A DNA stretch of 43,554 nucleotides from Arachnia sp. GTDB taxonomy: Bacteria > Actinomycetota > Actinomycetes > Propionibacteriales > Propionibacteriaceae. Of this stretch, positions 41,125 to 43,554 are shown piece after piece; position 1 is the first letter of the stretch; the number at the start of each line of letters is the position of its first letter. The translations under genes were made by a program, and so were the position numbers. The stretch is taken from assembly GCA_035467795.1 (NCBI GenBank), contig DATITN010000122.1, positions 1 to 43,554 of the forward strand, read 5' to 3'. Below the pieces are notes generated by a model, which saw only the letters and a program-made list of their open reading frames with translations, did no database searches and was not told the origin of the DNA.

Positions 41125-42312
41125 ATGACGATGAAACTGTCTTTGCTGACCCGTGAATACCCGCCGACGATCTACGGTGGCGCCGGCGTCCACGTGGCCC
41201 AGTTGGTGCCTCAGTTGCGCAGGCTGATCGACGTTGAGGTGCACTGCATGGGCGAGCCCCGCGACGGAGCGACGGCTCACGCGGAGGACTTCCCGCCGGG
41301 CGCGAACGCCGCCCTCCGGGTGCTTGGCGCCGACCTGTCGATGGCCGCCGCGGTCGGCGAGGTCGACATCATCCACTCGCACACCTGGTACGCCAACATG
41401 GCCGGTCACCTCGCGGGCCTGATGCGCGATATTCCGCACGTGGTGACGTCCCACTCGCTGGAGCCACACCGCCCGTGGAAGGCGGAGCAGCTGGCCGGCG
41501 GCTACCGGGTCTCGTCGTGGGCGGAGAAGACGGCCTATGAGGCGGCGGACGCGGTGATCTCCGTCAGCGCCGGCATGCGCCGAGACGTCCTCGAGAGCTA
41601 CCCGAACCTCGATCCGGCAAAGGTCCATGTGGTCAAGAACGGCATCGACCCGGACGAGTTCCGCCCGGACACGAACACCGACGTCGTCACGGGCCTGGGT
41701 GTGGACCTGGACCGCCCGTCGGTGGTCTTCGTGGGGCGCATCACGCGCCAGAAGGGCCTGGTCCACCTGGTGCGCGCCGCAGCCGAGTTCGATCCCGATA
41801 CCCAGCTCGTCCTGTTGGCCGGGGCGCCCGACACCCCGGAGATCGCGGCCGAGTTCGAGGTGGCCTTCGCCGAGCTCAAGGCGCGCCGCACGGCGCCCGT
41901 TATCTGGGTGCAGGAGATGCTGCCGCGCGCCTCGGTGCGCCAGGTCCTCACCCACGCCACCGTCTTCGCCTGCCCCTCGGTCTACGAGCCGCTGGGCATC
42001 GTGAACCTGGAGGCCATGGCCTGCGAGACGCCTGTGGTGGCCAGCGCGGTGGGAGGTATCCCGGAGGTGGTCAACGATGGCGAGACCGGGCTGCTGGTGG
42101 CCTACGATCCGGCCCAGGCGGGCGACCCTGCTTTCGTCAAGGGCTTCGAGTCCGATTTCGCCACGCAGGTCAACCGCCTCACCCGCGATCCCCAGCTCGC
42201 CGAGGCGTTCGGCAAGGCTGGGCGCCAGCGCTGCATCGACGAGTTCTCCTGGACCAAGATCGCCGAGGAGACGGTGGCGGTCTACGAGGCTGCCATCGGC
42301 TCCCGGGGCTAG
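41125..42312 (+). CDS. glgA: Actinobacterial GlgM/GlgA (alpha-maltose-1-phosphate synthase, often annotated glycogen synthase)
   Basis: LTREYPP..YGGAGVHV, HSHTWY, HSLEP.RPWKAEQL.GGY, GRITRQKG, YEPLGIVNLEAMAC; divergent from glgC. Confidence 0.94.
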   Translation: MTMKLSLLTREYPPTIYGGAGVHVAQLVPQLRRLIDVEVHCMGEPRDGATAHAEDFPPGANAALRVLGADLSMAAAVGEVDIIHSHTWYANMAGHLAGLMRDIPHVVTSHSLEPHRPWKAEQLAGGYRVSSWAEKTAYEAADAVISVSAGMRRDVLESYPNLDPAKVHVVKNGIDPDEFRPDTNTDVVTGLGVDLDRPSVVFVGRITRQKGLVHLVRAAAEFDPDTQLVLLAGAPDTPEIAAEFEVAFAELKARRTAPVIWVQEMLPRASVRQVLTHATVFACPSVYEPLGIVNLEAMACETPVVASAVGGIPEVVNDGETGLLVAYDPAQAGDPAFVKGFESDFATQVNRLTRDPQLAEAFGKAGRQRCIDEFSWTKIAEETVAVYEAAIGSRG

Positions 42313-42477
42313 GGAACCACTGATCAATGCTGTTCTCGGTGAGGATGTGCCGGGCGGGATGAGATGGTGCCACTACATCTGGTGCGTGTACTTGATGTCC
42401 ATATCCAGATGGAGGGGTGCCAGATCGCCCGATCCGGTGCGCCGCAGCCAGGACATGATTGATCAGTGCTTCCCCAG
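42309..42477. repeat. 169-bp long imperfect palindrome (MITE/REP-like element or structured RNA)
   Basis: Termini CTAGGGAACCACTGATCAAT / ATTGATCAGTGCTTCCCCAG (18 of 20 complementary), with near-continuous internal pairing. Confidence 0.75.
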
Positions 42478-42484
42478 GGGCGGC

Positions 42485-43554
42485 TCACGCCTCGGGGGCT
42501 CCCGCCATTGCGCGGCGGGCCGACGGTGCGTGGAGCGCGGCCTGGATGCGTCTGGAGAGATCCGGCGCCAGGTCACGGCCCTCGGCACGGGCCGTCCGGG
42601 TGAGGGCCACCGCCGCGCCGTTGGCTTCGGAGGAACGACCGGCCAGGGCGAGGGCCAGGATCTCCCGCGATGCGAGAGCGTCGTTTGAGGGCGCCGCGAG
42701 ACGCCCCCTCCGCACCGCCCAGAGGGCGGCCTCGGCCGCGCTGCGCTCCAGCGCCCGGTCCGCCAGCACGCTGGCCGCGTCCACGATCATGGCCACCATG
42801 TCCGAACGCAGCTGGTGCGCCCAGCCCCATTGAAACTCGAAGGAGCCCAAGGGCTCGCCGCGCACGAGGCGCAACGCCGCCACGAGAGCAGCGTCCGACG
42901 ACAAGTTCACACCGCCGCTCAGTATGGTGCGGAACTGCTCCCAGTCCGAGGACACACGAGGGTCCAGCGACACCCTCCCCGAGTACGCGTCCGGCAGGTA
43001 CTGCACCCCGTCCGGGGCGGCGCCCAGCCAGCTGCGCAGGCGGCTGGTGTTGGAGCGCCTGGTGGTCTCGGCGATCAACAGCGAACGCGTCATGGCCGTC
43101 GGCGTGGATCCGGGGTTCTCCAGGAGCCAGGCGCAATATTCCAGGCACTGACCCACGGCGCGCCCAGGCACGTCTCCGGCGGCGCCGATCAGGTCCGGAT
43201 CCCCGAGGAGGAGCAGCATCGGGTGCTCGGGAGTGCTGAGCCGTCCGTTCATGGGGGCGTCCTCGTGCGGTCTGGCGGAGTGTGGAAGAGGCGTCACGTT
43301 GGGGGGAAGCTCGTCCTCCGAGCGCCACCACGGAGCCTGCTCTGTGTCTGTGCTGCCTGCTGCGCGAAACAGCTCCAGCACTGCCCTGCGGGCCGGCTGG
43401 GTGAGCAGCTGCGGCGTGAACGACTGCCCCCGCCATGTGCCGGAGTGATCGTCAACCGTGACGGGATGCGCGCTGAGCTGCGTGGCGGACGCCGATCCGA
43501 CGACCACGCTCACGCCCACCTCCCCGAGGGCGAGGGCATCGGCGATGGCATCCA
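42485..43554 (-). CDS. C-terminal part of a large protein with a winged-HTH-like and a BTAD-like domain (5' end outside the window)
   Basis: Frame is open to the window edge. SRLRSWLG..PDG..YLP, SDWEQF, ALRLVRGEP, helical TPR-like tail. Confidence 0.7.
   Translation of the reverse strand, partial: DAIADALALGEVGVSVVVGSASATQLSAHPVTVDDHSGTWRGQSFTPQLLTQPARRAVLELFRAAGSTDTEQAPWWRSEDELPPNVTPLPHSARPHEDAPMNGRLSTPEHPMLLLLGDPDLIGAAGDVPGRAVGQCLEYCAWLLENPGSTPTAMTRSLLIAETTRRSNTSRLRSWLGAAPDGVQYLPDAYSGRVSLDPRVSSDWEQFRTILSGGVNLSSDAALVAALRLVRGEPLGSFEFQWGWAHQLRSDMVAMIVDAASVLADRALERSAAEAALWAVRRGRLAAPSNDALASREILALALAGRSSEANGAAVALTRTARAEGRDLAPDLSRRIQAALHAPSARRAMAGAPEA

Noticed and set aside
42371-42384. NrdR-box-like sequence CACTACATCTGGTG
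   Set aside because: Single copy between convergent gene ends, no ribonucleotide reductase gene nearby, and explained as one arm of the long hairpin.

Overview
High-GC actinobacterial chromosomal window (gene order and protein style suggest Propionibacteriales; this is inference). It is made almost entirely of conserved housekeeping blocks: guaB3(partial)-guaB-groEL1-groES with two CIRCE operators, a SAM methyltransferase, a Nudix hydrolase, an Opp/Dpp-type ABC importer, the tsaE-tsaB-rimI-tsaD t6A cluster, a DEAD-box helicase, a GT4 glycosyltransferase, a GH31 hydrolase, a PCuAC / Tat-DyP / GNAT divergon, nnr-acpS-glmS-coaA, aminopeptidase P, an alpha/beta hydrolase, a CitE-family lyase, the mgtE-like/DUF1003/mrp/tatB/rseA/sigE/O-methyltransferase/glgC/glgM block, and the 3' end of a BTAD-like gene. 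I see no CRISPR array, rRNA, tRNA, transposase or integrase, and no clearly new multi-gene system. The items most worth follow-up are: a structured leader closed by a perfect 15-bp inverted repeat between the DEAD-box helicase and the glycosyltransferase; a 169-bp rod-like hairpin between glgM and the BTAD-like gene; a zinc anti-sigma factor fused to a full RseB/MucB-like domain; tandem CsoR/RicR-like operators between the PCuAC and DyP genes; a GNAT-TsaE fusion; and pervasive leaderless-promoter geometry. All family calls come from motifs recognised by eye; no database search was run.
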